Source of the DNA: Callorhinchus milii
Lineage: Eukaryota
Assembly (NCBI RefSeq): GCF_018977255.1
Contig: NW_024704743.1
Span: 16,804,001-16,868,000, forward strand
Length of the DNA: 64,000 nucleotides
Direction: 5' to 3'
How positions within the stretch are numbered: position 1 is the stretch's first letter; every line of letters begins with the position of its first letter. The position numbers and the translations under genes were made by a program. Below, in pieces: positions 49,621 through 63,005 of the stretch. Below the pieces are notes generated by a model, which saw only the letters and a program-made list of their open reading frames with translations, was not told the origin of the DNA and ran no database searches.

Positions 49621-50268
49621 TTACATGATGTAAGCCTTGCTCCCCAGTGTGCTCTTTACTCTCTCCCTTCCGACTCCATGCTCTGTTTTCGAGGGTAAAT
49701 GTTTTCATGGAATTACTTGGAACATTAAAACGTGCAACAGATAATTCGGCCCAATTGGTCTGTGCCAGTGTTTATACTCCACAAGAGTCCCATCCATTCC
49801 TAGTCACTTCTCCCATACCTCTATTCTCTTCTCCCTCATGTATAGGATGTAGAATGTAAGAATTATTGTTAGTATGCATCAGATTTCCTCCAAAAAAANT
49901 TGATGCTATGTTCTTCAGCCGCAGCTTGCGGCACTAAGTTGCATATTCTCTATAAAAATAGTTCCTCCTAAATTCCCTGTTGGATCTCCATTACTTTGTT
50001 CAAGCTGGGAACACCTTGAATCAATTGGATGGAAATAAAATGTAATATGAATCTAATGGCCCCCCAGACAGAAAAGGAAGTGGATGGCATATAACCATGG
50101 TGGGGAACTTGGTGTAGTTAATAATATAAAACAGAGTTACATCTTTATGTACTTTTCCAGTCTTATTGATTTATGGTTAGCTGACTGCCAAACACTAATC
50201 TCTGACAGGATTCTATGTTAAACATCACTGCTTGAGCATTTTACTACAACTGATCTATTAAATATTGT

Positions 50269-51640
50269 CAACAACAACAACTTGCATTCATACAGTGTCC
50301 TCCACGCCGGGCGGTGTCTCAGAACTCTTAACAATGGCGGAGCCCGAGGCTGAGCCAGGGGGAGGGAGATGGTGACCGTAGGCACAGTCCAAGAGGAAGG
50401 TCTTTAGGCGCAACCTAAAGATGGGGAAGGAGGGGACGAGGTGAAGGGGTTGAGGGAGGGAGTTCAAATGTTTTGGGGCATAGTGGTTGAAGGCACCGCC
50501 GCCGATGGTGGAGCAGAGGATTCGGGGGACACGGAGGAGGCCGGACCCAGTAGAGCAGAGGCAGCGGGTACTGCTGTGGGGAGTGAGGAGGTTAGAGAGA
50601 TGAGGGGGTGCCAAGGAATGAATGGATTTAAACATTAGAGTGAGGATCTTGAAGTCGATCTGCTCTGTGACAGGGAGCCAGTGGAGTTTGGCAAGGACTG
50701 GAGTAATCGGGGTACAAAGTTTGGTGCGGGTGAGAATGTGGGCAGCGGAGTTTTGAATGAGTTGAATTTTGTGAATATGGAGGAGGGGAGACTGGCGAGG
50801 AGGGTGTTAGAGTAGTCCAGCCGAGAGGTGACAAAGGCATGGACAAGGGTTTTGTCAGCTTTTGGTGTGAGGTATTGTCGAGACAGGCAATGTGGCAGAG
50901 GTGGAAGAAAGGGGTGCTGGTTAGGGACCAGATGTGGGGGAGGATGGATAACTGGGGATCAAACCTGACACCTAAGTTGCGCCCGGGTTCGGAGAGTCTT
51001 AAGGACAGGTCGGGTAGGTTGAGGAGTCGGAACCATGGGACACAAAGAGTATGGCTTCCAACTTGTTGATGTCTAACTGCTGGAAATTTGTGCTCATCCA
51101 GCTCCTGATATCTGACAGACGAGCTGACAGAGCATCAGGGGACTGGTGGTTGCAGCTGGAGGAAGAGAAGTAGAGTTGAGTGTCATCTCCATACATGTGG
51201 AAGTTAACTCCGTGTCTACGGATGACATCATTGAGAGGGAGCATATAGATGAGGAAGAGAAGGGTGCCAAGGATGGATCCTTGGGGTACCCCGCAGGTGA
51301 CCGGTTGGAAACGAGAAGAAGAGCCATTTGCAGAAATGTAGTGCTGGCGGTTTGTAAGGTAGGACTCCAACCAAGCGAGTGCGGTTCCATCGAGGTGGAT
51401 GATGGAGAACAGGCAGTGGAGGAGTGATCGACTGTGTCAAATCCGGCGGAGAGGTCGAGGAGGCAGAGAGAGCTCTGGCCACAGATAGCAAGGACATTGT
51501 TTGTGACTTTCACAAGCACTGTCTCTGTACTGTGGTCAGGGCGGAAACCAGCCTGGAGGGGTTCGAGTAGGGTGTGGAGTGAGAGGTGTGCGCGAAGTTG
51601 GTTGGCAACAACGCATGCCAGAGCTTTAGCAAGGAATTTA
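50269..51640 (-). mobile_element. L2 LINE, 5'-truncated (RT to tail)
   Basis: LVKVTNNVL, LLDLSAGFDTVDH, GVPQGSILG, HMYGDDTQLY, SRLDYSN and STIGGGAFNHYAP, with a (CAA)n tail at 50269. Confidence 0.93.
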
Positions 51641-51736
51641 TCAATGAGAGCTCCACTGGAACCCCTGTATTACAGTACAAATAGCCTGACATTGGAGACA
51701 ATACAGCAAATAGCAGCAAAATGATAGCTGAATTAG

Positions 51737-52070
51737 TCTGGAGTGTTCATTAGATTGAGAGCTATTTGGAATATCCAGTGAATCTGAGAAGTACCTGGAA
51801 TATACATTGAATCCCAAAGATATCTGGAGTGAACCCTGAACCTAACAGATCCCTGCAGTATGAACTGAACCTGAAAGATACAGGGAGTGTGCACTGAGCC
51901 CCAGAGGTATCAACAACAAATTACAAAGCACCTTTCACATCAGGAGAATGTCCCAATCTGGAATGTATCTGAACCTGTGAAATATCTGGTGTGTACATTG
52001 AACCTGAGAGACTGTAGACCCTGCAGTTTGAACTAAACCTGAGAGACACCTGGAGTGTTCACTGAACCCC
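51737..52070. repeat. Degenerate ~29-bp minisatellite (approx. GAGATAYCTGGAGTGTRCACTGAACCTGA), interrupted by an L2-type tail at ~51911-51955
   Basis: Recurrent ctggagtg..ctgaacctgagaga units at ~29-nt spacing, roughly ten copies. Confidence 0.75.
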
Positions 52071-52829
52071 AAGGCATTTGTTTCCAGAGCAGCTTGCTGT
52101 TGAGAACAGGAGCATTTTGTTCATGGTTTCTCAATCATAACATCACATTATTAAAAGAGCAATTCCTCACTGAGTGACTCACTTTGTGCTCAGGGCAACA
52201 GCAACTTCAATCCAACATGAGGCACAGCAAAGGAAGCTATGGGAAAACTGGTCAGTTCATTCTTAAATTGCACTGGGGTTGATTTATGAAAACCGGGCTC
52301 TCTCTCACTTCAGGAGAACATGGCAGGTACCGCAATGGAGGGATAATCATGGGGGACCTTAAGCTATTTCAAAGAACTGGCAAAGGCATTGTGTTCAGAT
52401 CATCTCTCCGAGCCCCTATAATAGTATAGGAACTGCTGGACTGAGGAGAAGCAGAATTATTTTGTCCCTCTGAGGATTATGAGTTCCAAGTTAGTTTTTT
52501 ACTGCAGTAAAGTCTATTGACCCACGTTAGAGGCTCAATATGTAAGCAATTTGTTTTATACCATGCAGACGCTAACAGGCTATAAACTTGGCAAACATTC
52601 ACAACGTTCCCAAACTAATCCAATCTTCCGGATAAAATATATTTTGTTAATTGAGAGTTGTACCACTGCCAGGGTATTGTGCTGTTTCACATGGTATACA
52701 TGTTTTTAATAACTATTATAACTGTTCTGGCTCACGGCTGACATTTTTTGGAAATTATACATTAAAGCTACAAAAAAAATCAGTCATTTGCTAATCCAAT
52801 ATAACAGTGGGTACTTCTTTCTCCCAGAG

Positions 52830-53280
52830 CCTTGGCCAACAATCCCCCAAATAAAATTGGTCAATCACTTCATGGCTTTTTGAGGGACATTGCTGTGTGC
52901 AAATTGGCTGCTGCGATCAACCACAAAACACAGTTACTGCACTCAACAGTAAGTGCTGTGAAGCACTTTGAGATGTCCTTTGAACATGAAAGGCTTTGTA
53001 TCAAATGTAAGGATTATTATCATTGTTAAGATATTAAATTGCCTGAGCTTTACAAGAGGAGCTTTCAGCAGTTGGGCCTTATCATGTTGTTGAGTCTCAA
53101 AGCTCTTCACAGAATATACTGTGAAGTGAATTGACTATGTATTTTGTGGTTGAAGTACAGCAGCCAATTGCGCACAGCAATGTCCCACAAACAGTTGTGG
53201 ATTGAGTGACCCACCCTGGAATCGAACCTGGGTCCTCTTGCATCGAGTTGAGCACACTAACCACTACACTACGGAACTTC
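52830..53280. mobile_element. Two SINE copies in inverted orientation (+ 52830-53025; - 53100-53280)
   Basis: gggacattgctgtgtgcaaattggctgc on the + strand, followed by cagccaattgcgcacagcaatgtccc. Confidence 0.85.
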
Positions 53281-53354
53281 ACATTTGTACAACCAGCATT
53301 GAATGTCAACTCCCTGGAGTCACTATTTGTATAAGGCAATGCTTGGGGGAATCT

Positions 53355-53598
53355 AAAAGATAATTTCGGAGGAACTACTTCCTGCAGAGGGTAGTGAGAT
53401 TGTGGAACTCAATACCTGAAGCGATGGTTGAAGCAGATAGTATAGATGTAATTAAGAGGAAGCTATATGTACCATTGAGTGAGAAGGGAATAGAAGGATA
53501 AAGGAGGGAATAAGGCATGAGTGGAGACTCGTGGAGTACAATCAATGGTATGGATTAGTTGGATCGAATGGCCTGTTTCCATACTGTACATTCTATGT
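53355..53598 (+). mobile_element. CR1 3' fragment
   Basis: RRNYFLQRVVRLWNSIPE motif and a cgaatggcctgtttccatactgtacattctatgt tail. Confidence 0.8.
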
Positions 53599-53775
53599 AA
53601 ATCTGGGTAAGAAGCTTAACTGGGTTTTCAATCATCATCCTCATTTTAAAAAAAAATATGTTTTGATATGTTTCCAAATGTAATATAAAAGCATCAAAAA
53701 TGACATGCAAAATCAGAGAGAGTCTACGTGTGTTCTGAGAAATACATAAAGTCAGCATAAAGTCACTAATTCTAT
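53598..53775 (-). repeat. Unclassified interspersed repeat, copy 2
   Basis: Reverse-complement homologue of 4590-4775. Confidence 0.75.
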
Positions 53776-54764
53776 ACAGTGTATTCTGTGGGCAAAACGC
53801 AGCAGCCAATTGCGCACAGCAGTGTCCCACAAAACAGTCATGGATTGAACGACCTTTTTTTTTGGACTGCGTGTGATCCTTTGTGGTAAATTGACCAAGA
53901 CGTAATAAGTGTTTGGTGAGAGATGGATGTGGTTTTCTGCCCAATTAAAGTGTGGGTGTTCTATACAGTATGCTCCTCTATTCTGGTTGGTTGTACATTA
54001 CTCTATTATACTGTTTTACATTATGCTATTCATTATGGTTTTATAGTATGCTCCTCTATTGAATGCCCATACATAAGTGGTTTACATTAAGACCAATTAT
54101 AAAATATGCAGCCAGGTTAAATGGCTTAACTTGAAGATTAGTTAAACCCAATATGTGTCTTGTCACACATTCCCCCACCTGCTGTGTATCAGTACTGAAG
54201 GTCATATTTCAAACAAGTTTGGTTTGAATGACTTCACATGATATGCTGTTATAGATTCACTGTGACTGGGAAAAATCTGGTTCAGTCTGAACTCAAAGCG
54301 GGGAGGAGCGTGACCGAGGCAGGTAGCGGACGGTGCTGAGTACAAAAGAAGAGCGGATTGAAATTGGCATCTCAGGATGAAAATAATCCTTTTTTGGGAT
54401 GTGAGAAGGATGTGTGTGTTCTTGTCATTTAATTGAGGCATTCAGAATGTTGGTGTTCCTGCTGTCTTGACATCCTGTGTCATATGTTTGTACAGACTGA
54501 ACTCTAAATGTATCCCGGGCTTTCTAAGAATCCCAGTCCGACGGCTCAAGATAGGCTCGGCATCCAAAGTGACCTGTGTAACAGTAGGCATTGACACAGA
54601 CAGGTGTCAGCTCAGCTCACTTGGTCACATTCTAGCTTCTGGGTCAGAAGTTTACAGAGTCAAACCCCTCGACTGTCACAGTCTACACGGGCTCTCCACA
54701 GCAGCACTTGGGTTGGATAGACATAGTGGCTGAACGATTGGAAGTGCTGTCCTTCAGATGAATC

Positions 54765-55127
54765 ATACAATTATACAGCACAGAAGGAGGCTATTCGGCC
54801 CCTCGTGTCTGTGACGTGTCTTTGAAAAGAGCTACGCAAATCAATCCCATTCCCCCGCTTTCTCCCCACATCCCTGCAAACTTGTCCTCCCCAAAGACTT
54901 ATCTACTTCTCTCTTAAAAGTTGTTATCGAATCGGCCTCCACCACCCTTTCAGGCAATGCATTCCAGATCCGAACAACTTGATGTGTGAAAAAAATTCTC
55001 CTCACCTCCTCTCTGTTTCTTTTAACAACTATTAAATCAGTGCCCTCGGGTTACCAACCCACCCGCCAGTGGAAATAGTTTCTCCTTGTTCACCCTATCG
55101 AATCCCCTCATAATTTTGAAAACTTTG
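54765..55127 (-). mobile_element. CR1 LINE 3' end (same subfamily as 1243 and 9271)
   Basis: Close match to 9275-9635 (gggttaccaacccacccgccagtggaaatagtttctccttgttcac). Confidence 0.93.
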
Positions 55128-56004
55128 AAGATGAAAATTAAGCTGATGTCCTGTCTCCTGATTCTTCAGGTGAATGCTAAAGGTTTTGTGATACTGGTCA
55201 TGTTCAACAATCCTCCAGGTTAATTGGCTGGTAATCTGTGTCCAACTCCGCCACTGTGAGGTGCTCCGAGCTGCTACTCTGCATGAAAGGCACTATATAT
55301 AAATATATATATGCAATTTGTTGTTGTTCATCTCCCAGATGATTGCAGGCAATGTGCAAATATGGTATTTTCCTACACATAAATTGAGAATAATTACTGT
55401 AAAATGCTTTGAGAAGCATTTCCATTATTCTAAGATTCACTTTGGATGTTACTATTGAGAAGAGACTGTGAAAGCACTGGCAAATGTGTGCAGCTACAAT
55501 ACTGCCTCTTTAACAAGTATTTTAAAATCCGGTTATCAAGCAGATGTTTTTCACCACACACTGAGAGAATTTTTCAGGCAGATCTTTGGCTGCCACTTTG
55601 AGGCTTGCAGACATGGACATGATGTTACACTGTGACAAAATGTGTAATTTATACTCTGCCATAATCCTGAAATGTTTATTCTAATAAATTCAATAAATAA
55701 ATAAAATTTGACATAGATAAACATGTAGTAGTATATTTTGGGGAAAAGAACTGGCATAAACTCAATTACCCTAAATTCCTCTGTCTTGCCCCCTCCTCCC
55801 CTCTTTTAGATCATGACTAAAGACCTTCTGGGCTAACAGTCACCTTCTTCCTCCCCACTCCTCGGCAGCAGGCGCTGGTATTGTCAAGCGCTCCAAGAAG
55901 CTGCCCCATTTGAAGGGCGCTATATAAATGCAAGTTGTTGTTGTAAACTACTCAGAGAAAAGAACATTGGAACCTTAACGTTTAGACCTAGGGATCTTTA
56001 AAAA

Positions 56005-56415
56005 AATTCTTGCATTTGATAATAGGGCCTTTTACATCGGGAAGATATCGCAAAACTCTTCATAGGATATACTGTAAAGTGTAGTGACTGTTTATTTTGT
56101 AGGCAAACACTGCATTCAATTTGCACGGGGCAATGTTCCACAAACAACCATGAAGTCAGTGACCAATTCTATCTGGGAAATTGTTGACCAGGACACAGAG
56201 AGAAACATCCTGCTCGCTTTTCAAATAGTGCCATGGGATCTTGAAGTCCACCTGATCAGACAGACAGATCCTCAGTTTAATGTCTCATTCAAAAGACTGC
56301 AACAATGCAGCAACCACAGCATTGACTGCACTGCACTTAGCCATAAGTTCAAATTCCCAACCACTGGGATTGAACCAACAACCTTCTGATTCAGAGGTGA
56401 GAGCGATATTGACTA
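56005..56415 (-). mobile_element. SINE family C
   Basis: Tail, core and head gggattgaaccaacaaccttctgattcagaggtgagag. Confidence 0.75.
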
Positions 56416-56599
56416 AGCCTGACACCTAAACCTGATCAAAAGCTTCCAGCCACTGTCTCCTGCTCCCCGGAATACAATCCTAAACTCCAGGTATTTCAAC
56501 TGGAAAAAGTCACCTTAAAATGGGAAAATGGAATATTGGATTTTATATAAACAGATACTGAATATAAAAGTAAAAATAATATCTCAGCATGCATTTAGA

Positions 56600-56888
56600 A
56601 TAAATAATAATCCTTGCATTTAATAAAGCACATTGTTGAGATATCGTGTCCCACAATCAGCAATAGATAGAATGACCAAATTATTAGTATTTATTTATTT
56701 TGAAGGGATTATTATCCCCAGGAAAAGCAATCCACCAATCGACTAACAACCGGGTTCCTACTTACTGCTAAGTAAACATAGGCATGTGGAATAAGGAAAC
56801 TTGCCCAACATTTCACCCTGCCCGGGAATCGAACCCAGATGTTTCGCTTGCGAGGAGAGGGCTCTAACCAATAGACAACAGGATTCCA
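56600..56888 (-). mobile_element. SINE family A
   Basis: Tail plus cgggaatcgaaccc..cgcttgcgagg..ctctaacca head. Confidence 0.85.
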
Positions 56889-58124
56889 AAATGAAATTGC
56901 AAGTGACTCTTCAGCGATGTAATAGAGAATACTGAATTCTTGGGGCCAGCAATTCAACATTTACAGTAAGTGCAGTTTACATGATATACTACAATGTGTA
57001 GTATGTGTGTCATATCCACATCAGTGTGCTTTAGCTCCATGATGTACTCAGCTCAAAACATCTCAGCTTTTGGTGCTGTATACGTTTTTGAAGCCTCCTG
57101 AGGTCAAAAGCTTCATACAGCACTGAGGTCTCAGTTAGGGATCCTGAAGTAATCGGGGTGGAAATTTGACAAATTTGCACGTTTGTTATTGAGAAATACA
57201 TATGCATATTTTAGCAGTGTATCAAGGGTTATGGGGAAAGGCGGGTAATTGGAGTTGAGGCACAGATCAGCCATGATCTAATAGAATGGAAGAACAGGCT
57301 TAAGGGGCTCAATGGTCAATTCCTGTTCCTATGCTCATAAGGAATCTGTTAAGAAATGGATGCAAGAATCTTTAATATTGACCTCTATCGCAAGTTCTCT
57401 TCCTTCCTTAACTTCTTATAACTTGCCACTTTCGGGTTTTTTTATCATTCGTCTTAGTGGAATGACTGGCATTCAATTTAATATGAAGCGGTTTCTGGAA
57501 ATAGAGTTATTTAGAAATCTTTTTTAAAAAAATTCCTTGAAACTTGAGCTCATTTAGACTGGCTTCAACTTCTCCTGTCTGGCTCGAGCTCTAAGCTTAC
57601 CGCAAGATATGTGTGCGAAACATGTGGCAAGAGATTGGAAGAAATTAAAATAGCAAACGATCCTTTCATCCAGGGCAAAAACCTCTGGAAAACCTGATGC
57701 TGGTGTTATCCCTTGGTTGAAGAATCAGTATCAGTATTGTGTATTGAGTGTCAGAATTGGTTAATGAATTTTGTTTGCGTTCAGCATATACTGTACATGT
57801 ATATAAAGTATGTAGGAGTCAGTCAGGCTCAATTGTACCACTCACACTTCTGAGTCAGAATTGCCTGCCCCATTTCCCAGTACACTGCACTTTACAGTGA
57901 AGCTCTTTGTAGCATTCTCCTGACATAAACAATATTTTTTCATTGCAGGGGTTATGATTATTATTATTTATAAAATCTGCATACTTATACATGTTTACAT
58001 GTGTATAATATGTATGCATATTTTATAAATGTGTGAATGAGTACTTATGTGTCAGAAAATATTTTCTTACAGAGAGCTGTGAAAATGTACATGGCCATGA
58101 ATGGTGTACAGGAAGAATCAATTG

Positions 58125-58335
58125 TAGGGTGATTGGTGGATCGTTTTTCCGGGGGTAATAATTCCTACAAAAAAAATTGGTCACTTCAATCCACGACTGT
58201 TTGTGGGACACTGCTGTGCGCAATTGGCTGCCGCGTTTCACCCACAAATTATACAGTCAATTCACTTTACAGTATATTCTGTGAAGCGCTTTGAGACGTG
58301 ATGAGGCTCTATATCAAATGCGAGGATTATTATTA
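58125..58335 (+). mobile_element. SINE family A, 3' part
   Basis: caatccacgactgtttgtgggacactgctgtgcgcaattggctgccgcg..caaatgcgaggattattatt. Confidence 0.88.
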
Positions 58336-59694
58336 ATTGGGATGCCATGATCTAATAAACTGGCGAAACAGGTTCAATGGGTTTAATGGCTTCCTCCTGC
58401 TCTTATGTTCCTATATATTACCTCTGCAAGACCCAACTGACCCAGCCGCTCTCTTCACTCAGTAGGTAATGGCCGGCTTCATGTCGCCCGCCTTCTCCCC
58501 CACCCCGACCATCAATGGTCAGGCTTTCAGCCTATCTGTTCCCAGTCTCCATACTGGAGTCTCCGACTCTTTCTCTCTCTCACCTAGGTCAAGGGAATTC
58601 TCAAGACCTATCTCGTTGACTGTGCTTTTGATCATCTTTCCCCTCTCCCACCCCCCTCGGCTCCCACCCCCAATTTGGGTGACGAGCTGCTATTGTCATG
58701 CACCTTGGGAAGTCCTCCTGACATGAAAGCCGTTATGTAAATGTAAACTTGTGTTGTATTGGTATAGGCCCTGTGTGTACATGGTTTGTTAAATTTGTAG
58801 GTAAATGTGGATAGCAAGTTGGATGGCATTTGAATCTGTAATAAGAAACTCATTGTCGGTTCAATATTGTTAATAACAAAATTCACGTTCCATGTCTTTA
58901 CCAAAGAGGACTCAGATAAGCACAATGATCTCCTGCGTTTTCTGAGCCTAAATACTGTGTGAAAACAAGTCAAAGTACACACCATGCACTCACTGTTTTT
59001 ATGAGACACAAAGCAGCTAATCAAACATTCAGTGTTTTTGAGAGCATGCAGTTTTGTCTAAAGAGCAGCTACAGATTGCTTCCTCATAGGATTCAGTCCC
59101 ACCTGTAGAGGTCAGTCTCTCTTTAGACATGATACACCAACCTACTGAGAAAGACATCAGGAGCATTTACTCAGGGTAAGTGGGAGACTCTTTGCTCCTG
59201 TGTAACCTCCTGGTAACTAACAATAGGAATCTATTTAACTTAACATATGGTGAAAAAATCATTAGTTATACTTTTAGTGGTCAAAGTAAGGTAGACCCCC
59301 AAATGTTAGAAACACTTAAAAAGTAGCAGTTCTGTATTGCTGGAGCCTCAGTAAAAGCGATCTTGATCTCATTTATTCAATGAGACAGATTCCACGACAA
59401 CAGCACCAACACTATTTCACCAGCATGCAATTCCTTTTGCATTTATAAGAAGCTTCACTTTGATGAAATTGTGAGAGTGGTTGTGGATCAGTGAATCAGG
59501 AGATTACTTGATAGGAAACTATCCAGGTTGCGGGGTGAACAAAGGATGAAGCTGTGATAGGAAGATGGTGGAGTGGGTATTATGGAAGGATGAGATTGGA
59601 TGAGCTGAAGAGCCTTCTTCATCCGGACCTCTCCTGTGACCTCATGAATTAGTTATTTTTCTCCGTAAAGAAATTCATGAGGAAGTTGTATGTA

Positions 59695-59948
59695 GTTGAG
59701 TCCTGTAGCATAGTGGTTAGCGCGCTTGCCTCACAAGAAAGAAGACCTAGGTTTGATTCCTGGGAGGGGCGAAACCTTTGGCAAGCTTCTTTACTCCACC
59801 CACCTCTGTTTGTGGGACACTGCTGTGCGCAATTGGCTTCCACATTTCACCCCCAAAATATATTGTCAATTCACTTTACCGTATATTCTGTGAAGTGCAT
59901 TGAGATGTTTCAACGACGTGATCAGGCGCAAATGCAAGGATTATTATA
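59695..59948 (+). mobile_element. SINE family A, internally deleted
   Basis: Head gagtcctgtagcatagtggttagcgcgc..ggtttgattcc, core and tail. Confidence 0.88.
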
Positions 59949-61019
59949 AATTCAACCTCTGATCGGGGGTGACTAACTGATGGCTTCATCCACCTTTCAA
60001 AATATGCAAAGAAATTCTCTTGACAGCGGTAATTTCCACTCGTGGGCTGGTTCGCCAAGCACTGAGAGTGATTGATTGCAGTCACACTGCAGAGAGCAGC
60101 AGTCTGTCAGCATGCATCATTAGAGGGGTTTTCAATCCGTTTACACGCTGTGCAGTGATCACAATGGTATCCTCCAGGTCAGTGTGAAATGTCTGGAGTT
60201 AACACATGGGGTCTGAAATTCACAGCTTCAAAATTTGAAAGATTAAGTCAGAATTTTGGAAAATTCTTAATTTCAGTTTTAATTTGGGAAACTGCTTTTA
60301 TCGCAGATCCTTTTAAGAACTGCAGAAAATGATTCCAAATTAAGATTACATTTTTAAGACATTGGTTTTAAGGATTAAACAATGAGAGTATATTGGGCTT
60401 CTAATTTCTTTGACCTTAACCAGCAGTAGTGTGGCGATCAATTGAACAATTTGGCTTTTTGTCTAACAATAGTGTGGGCTTTCTATATTAACTCAAATTC
60501 CAGCCAAGCAGCCATACAGCCAGGAACACATCATTTTAAGATTAGGGCTAAGATTATCAGAACTTTTAGGCCTTGGGTGCCCAAAATAAATTTAAAAACT
60601 CTCAATGTTAAAACTATCTCCGTGTTTTTACCTCTTGTAAAACTCCAATGTGGTTCATCAGAAGTCTCATGTTTTTCTGTTTTTGTGTGTCTTGTCATTC
60701 CAAAGTATGCACTACATACAAGAAAGTGAAGAGTTTAGGTACTCAGATTCCCGTGTTGGTCTACCCTGTGCTGTTTTATGAAGTGTTACAACCCAGCTTG
60801 ACATCAACAATTCATTATACAGTGAGGTTGTAATCAAGTGGGAACTGGCTAATAGTAGAGAAAAGGCAGCAAGTGAAGTCAGACTGCTCTTCTGCTCTTC
60901 CTAATGGTCATTTACAGATTGGCCTTGTGTAGAGCCAAATGTCTTGAGTGGAGGATCTTTAACATTAATTCCTGCCATTCCATTCAGTTGATTTACACGT
61001 TATTAGCTTGAACATCATC

Positions 61020-61420
61020 GCCCAGTTGGTAGCACTCTCACCTCTGAGTCAGAAGTTTGTGGGTTCAAGTCCCAAATCGGGAATTACATAGTCTAAGCTG
61101 ACAATGCAGTGCTGGGGGAGTATTGCATTGACGGAGATGCAGTCCTTTGGATGAGACAAGTGGATGTTAAAGCCCCATGACACTATATGAACAGATAAAG
61201 GAGTTTGTCCCGGTGTCCAGGCCAACAATCCTCCAAATACAATTTGTCACTGTATGGCTGTTTGTGGGACATTTCTGTGTGCAATTGGCTACCACGATTC
61301 GCCTACAAAATGAACAGTTAAAAAAAAACACTTTACAGGGAATACTGTGAAACATTTTGAGACGTCTCAAAGACATAATAAGACGCAAGGATCAAATGCA
61401 AGAATTATTTATTATTATTA
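61020..61420 (+). mobile_element. SINE family C, full length
   Basis: Head cagttggtagcactctcacctctgagtcagaag..gtgggttcaagtcc (A/B boxes), core and caaatgcaag(att)n tail. Confidence 0.8.
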
Positions 61421-61699
61421 TTGAATCCATGTGTAGAAATCCTGCCTGATAGCTCGCTCCTCTGAATGTAATAATTGTGTAAATGAATCGCTATCAAAAC
61501 AAACCGTTCCTTGAAAGTTCAGTTCTCTAGTCTTGTAGATATCTCATTTGATCTTATCTGATTTCCTTCACAAATTGTTTCACACATTAATATCAAAACC
61601 TGTGTAATCTGATGACGTCCAGCGGTCCAATGAAATGTATATAAAGGGTCGTGTTGTTATTTAACTCTGTATGTACCCTCTCGTTAGAGCTTCACTTTG

Positions 61700-62095
61700 G
61701 ATAATAATCCTTACTTTTGATATTTCACATTATCACGTTCTCAAAATATTTCAAAGCACTTCACAAGATTTTCCAGTGAAGTGCAGTGACTGTGTATTTG
61801 TAAGAAAACATAGCAGCCAATTTGCACACAGTGAAGTCCCACAAACAGACACAAAGTAAATAATAAATTTTACCTGAGGATTATTGGTCAGGACACCTGG
61901 AGAAACTCCCTTGTCTTTTTGAATAATACCATGGGATCCTTAACATCTAGCTGAACAGGCAGAACCTTGGTTTAACATCTCCAAACAATGCAGTGGTCTG
62001 CCAGCAATCAGCCTAGACTATGACTTCAAAGTCCCGATATGGGGCTTGAGTGCACAACTAACATGACTCTGAGGCAAGAGTGTTAATAACGGAGC
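61700..62095 (-). mobile_element. SINE family C
   Basis: Inverted homologue of 61020-61420. Confidence 0.75.
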
Positions 62096-62234
62096 ACTTA
62101 AAAGGTGTCTGCCATTCAATGTTAAGGTTGTTAACTTAGGATTCACCCACAATGTGAGGGGCATATGTAAAATAAGACCCACCTTTACTTGCCTCCACTC
62201 ATTACAGAATCAAATAGGATTGTGTATCATTAAA

Positions 62235-63000
62235 ATTAATGGGCGAGAGGTGATGTATTTTGGAGACTGGGAAAGAATGCAATCACATACCATTTGTGGT
62301 GAAGTCAGACTACATCAAAGTCTTCGGCATCTGGTTCGGGGCTGCCGGTGGGGGGTGGGGGGGTGACAAAAAAGCTGGGAGGAGCATCTAGGTATAGTGA
62401 GGAAGAAACTGGCGATGTGGCGCCAGCACTCGTTGTCCATCACCGGGAAAAATCTGATGATAAATTGTGAGGCCCTCTCGGTGTTACTGTACATAGCCCA
62501 GGTCTGGCCTTTGACCAGAAACAACGCCACTGCAGTCATCAGAGAGGTATTCCAATTGATCTGGGGGTCCAAGGTGGATCGTGTCCCCAGAGATACGATG
62601 CACAAAACCCTGGAAAAGGTGGGGAAAGACGTCCCTAATGTAGCCATGATCCTCGTGGCAACCTTTGTGTGTAGCTGCCTGAGGCTGTGTTGGAGCCCCG
62701 CGACGCCAGCAACAAATGCCATATGCTGGGTTTCCTACCTGTACCCAGTGCTGAGAAGGGTGGGTCTGGCAGAACTGCCTTGAAACGTTCCTCACAGTTG
62801 GAGCGTGCCAAAACACCTATCCTATGTAGAGAAATTCCTGAAGAACACCATCCCAGACCCCCGCCCAATCACCGAGTGGTCTGAGCAACAGGTAGTATCG
62901 GGAGAAAAGGAAAAAATTGTAACAGAAGATGTTGTGTTTGTTTTGGATTTCTGTTGTACTAAATATTTTATTGATAAATAAATATACATTTTCAAAAAAA
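62235..63000 (+). mobile_element. Tx1-clade (L1 group) LINE fragment, 5'-truncated and internally deleted
   Basis: PFVVKSDYIKVFGIWFG, then KKLAMWRQHSLSITGKNLMI..VFQLIWGSKVDRVPRDTM..VGKDVPNV (post-RT region). It ends with aataaa and a short poly(A) at ~63000. Confidence 0.8.
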
Positions 63001-63005
63001 GAAGA

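Noticed and set aside
51737..52070. Periodic ~29-nt repeat as a CRISPR array
   Set aside because: The units are contiguous and degenerate with no unique spacers, there are no cas genes, and the context is vertebrate.
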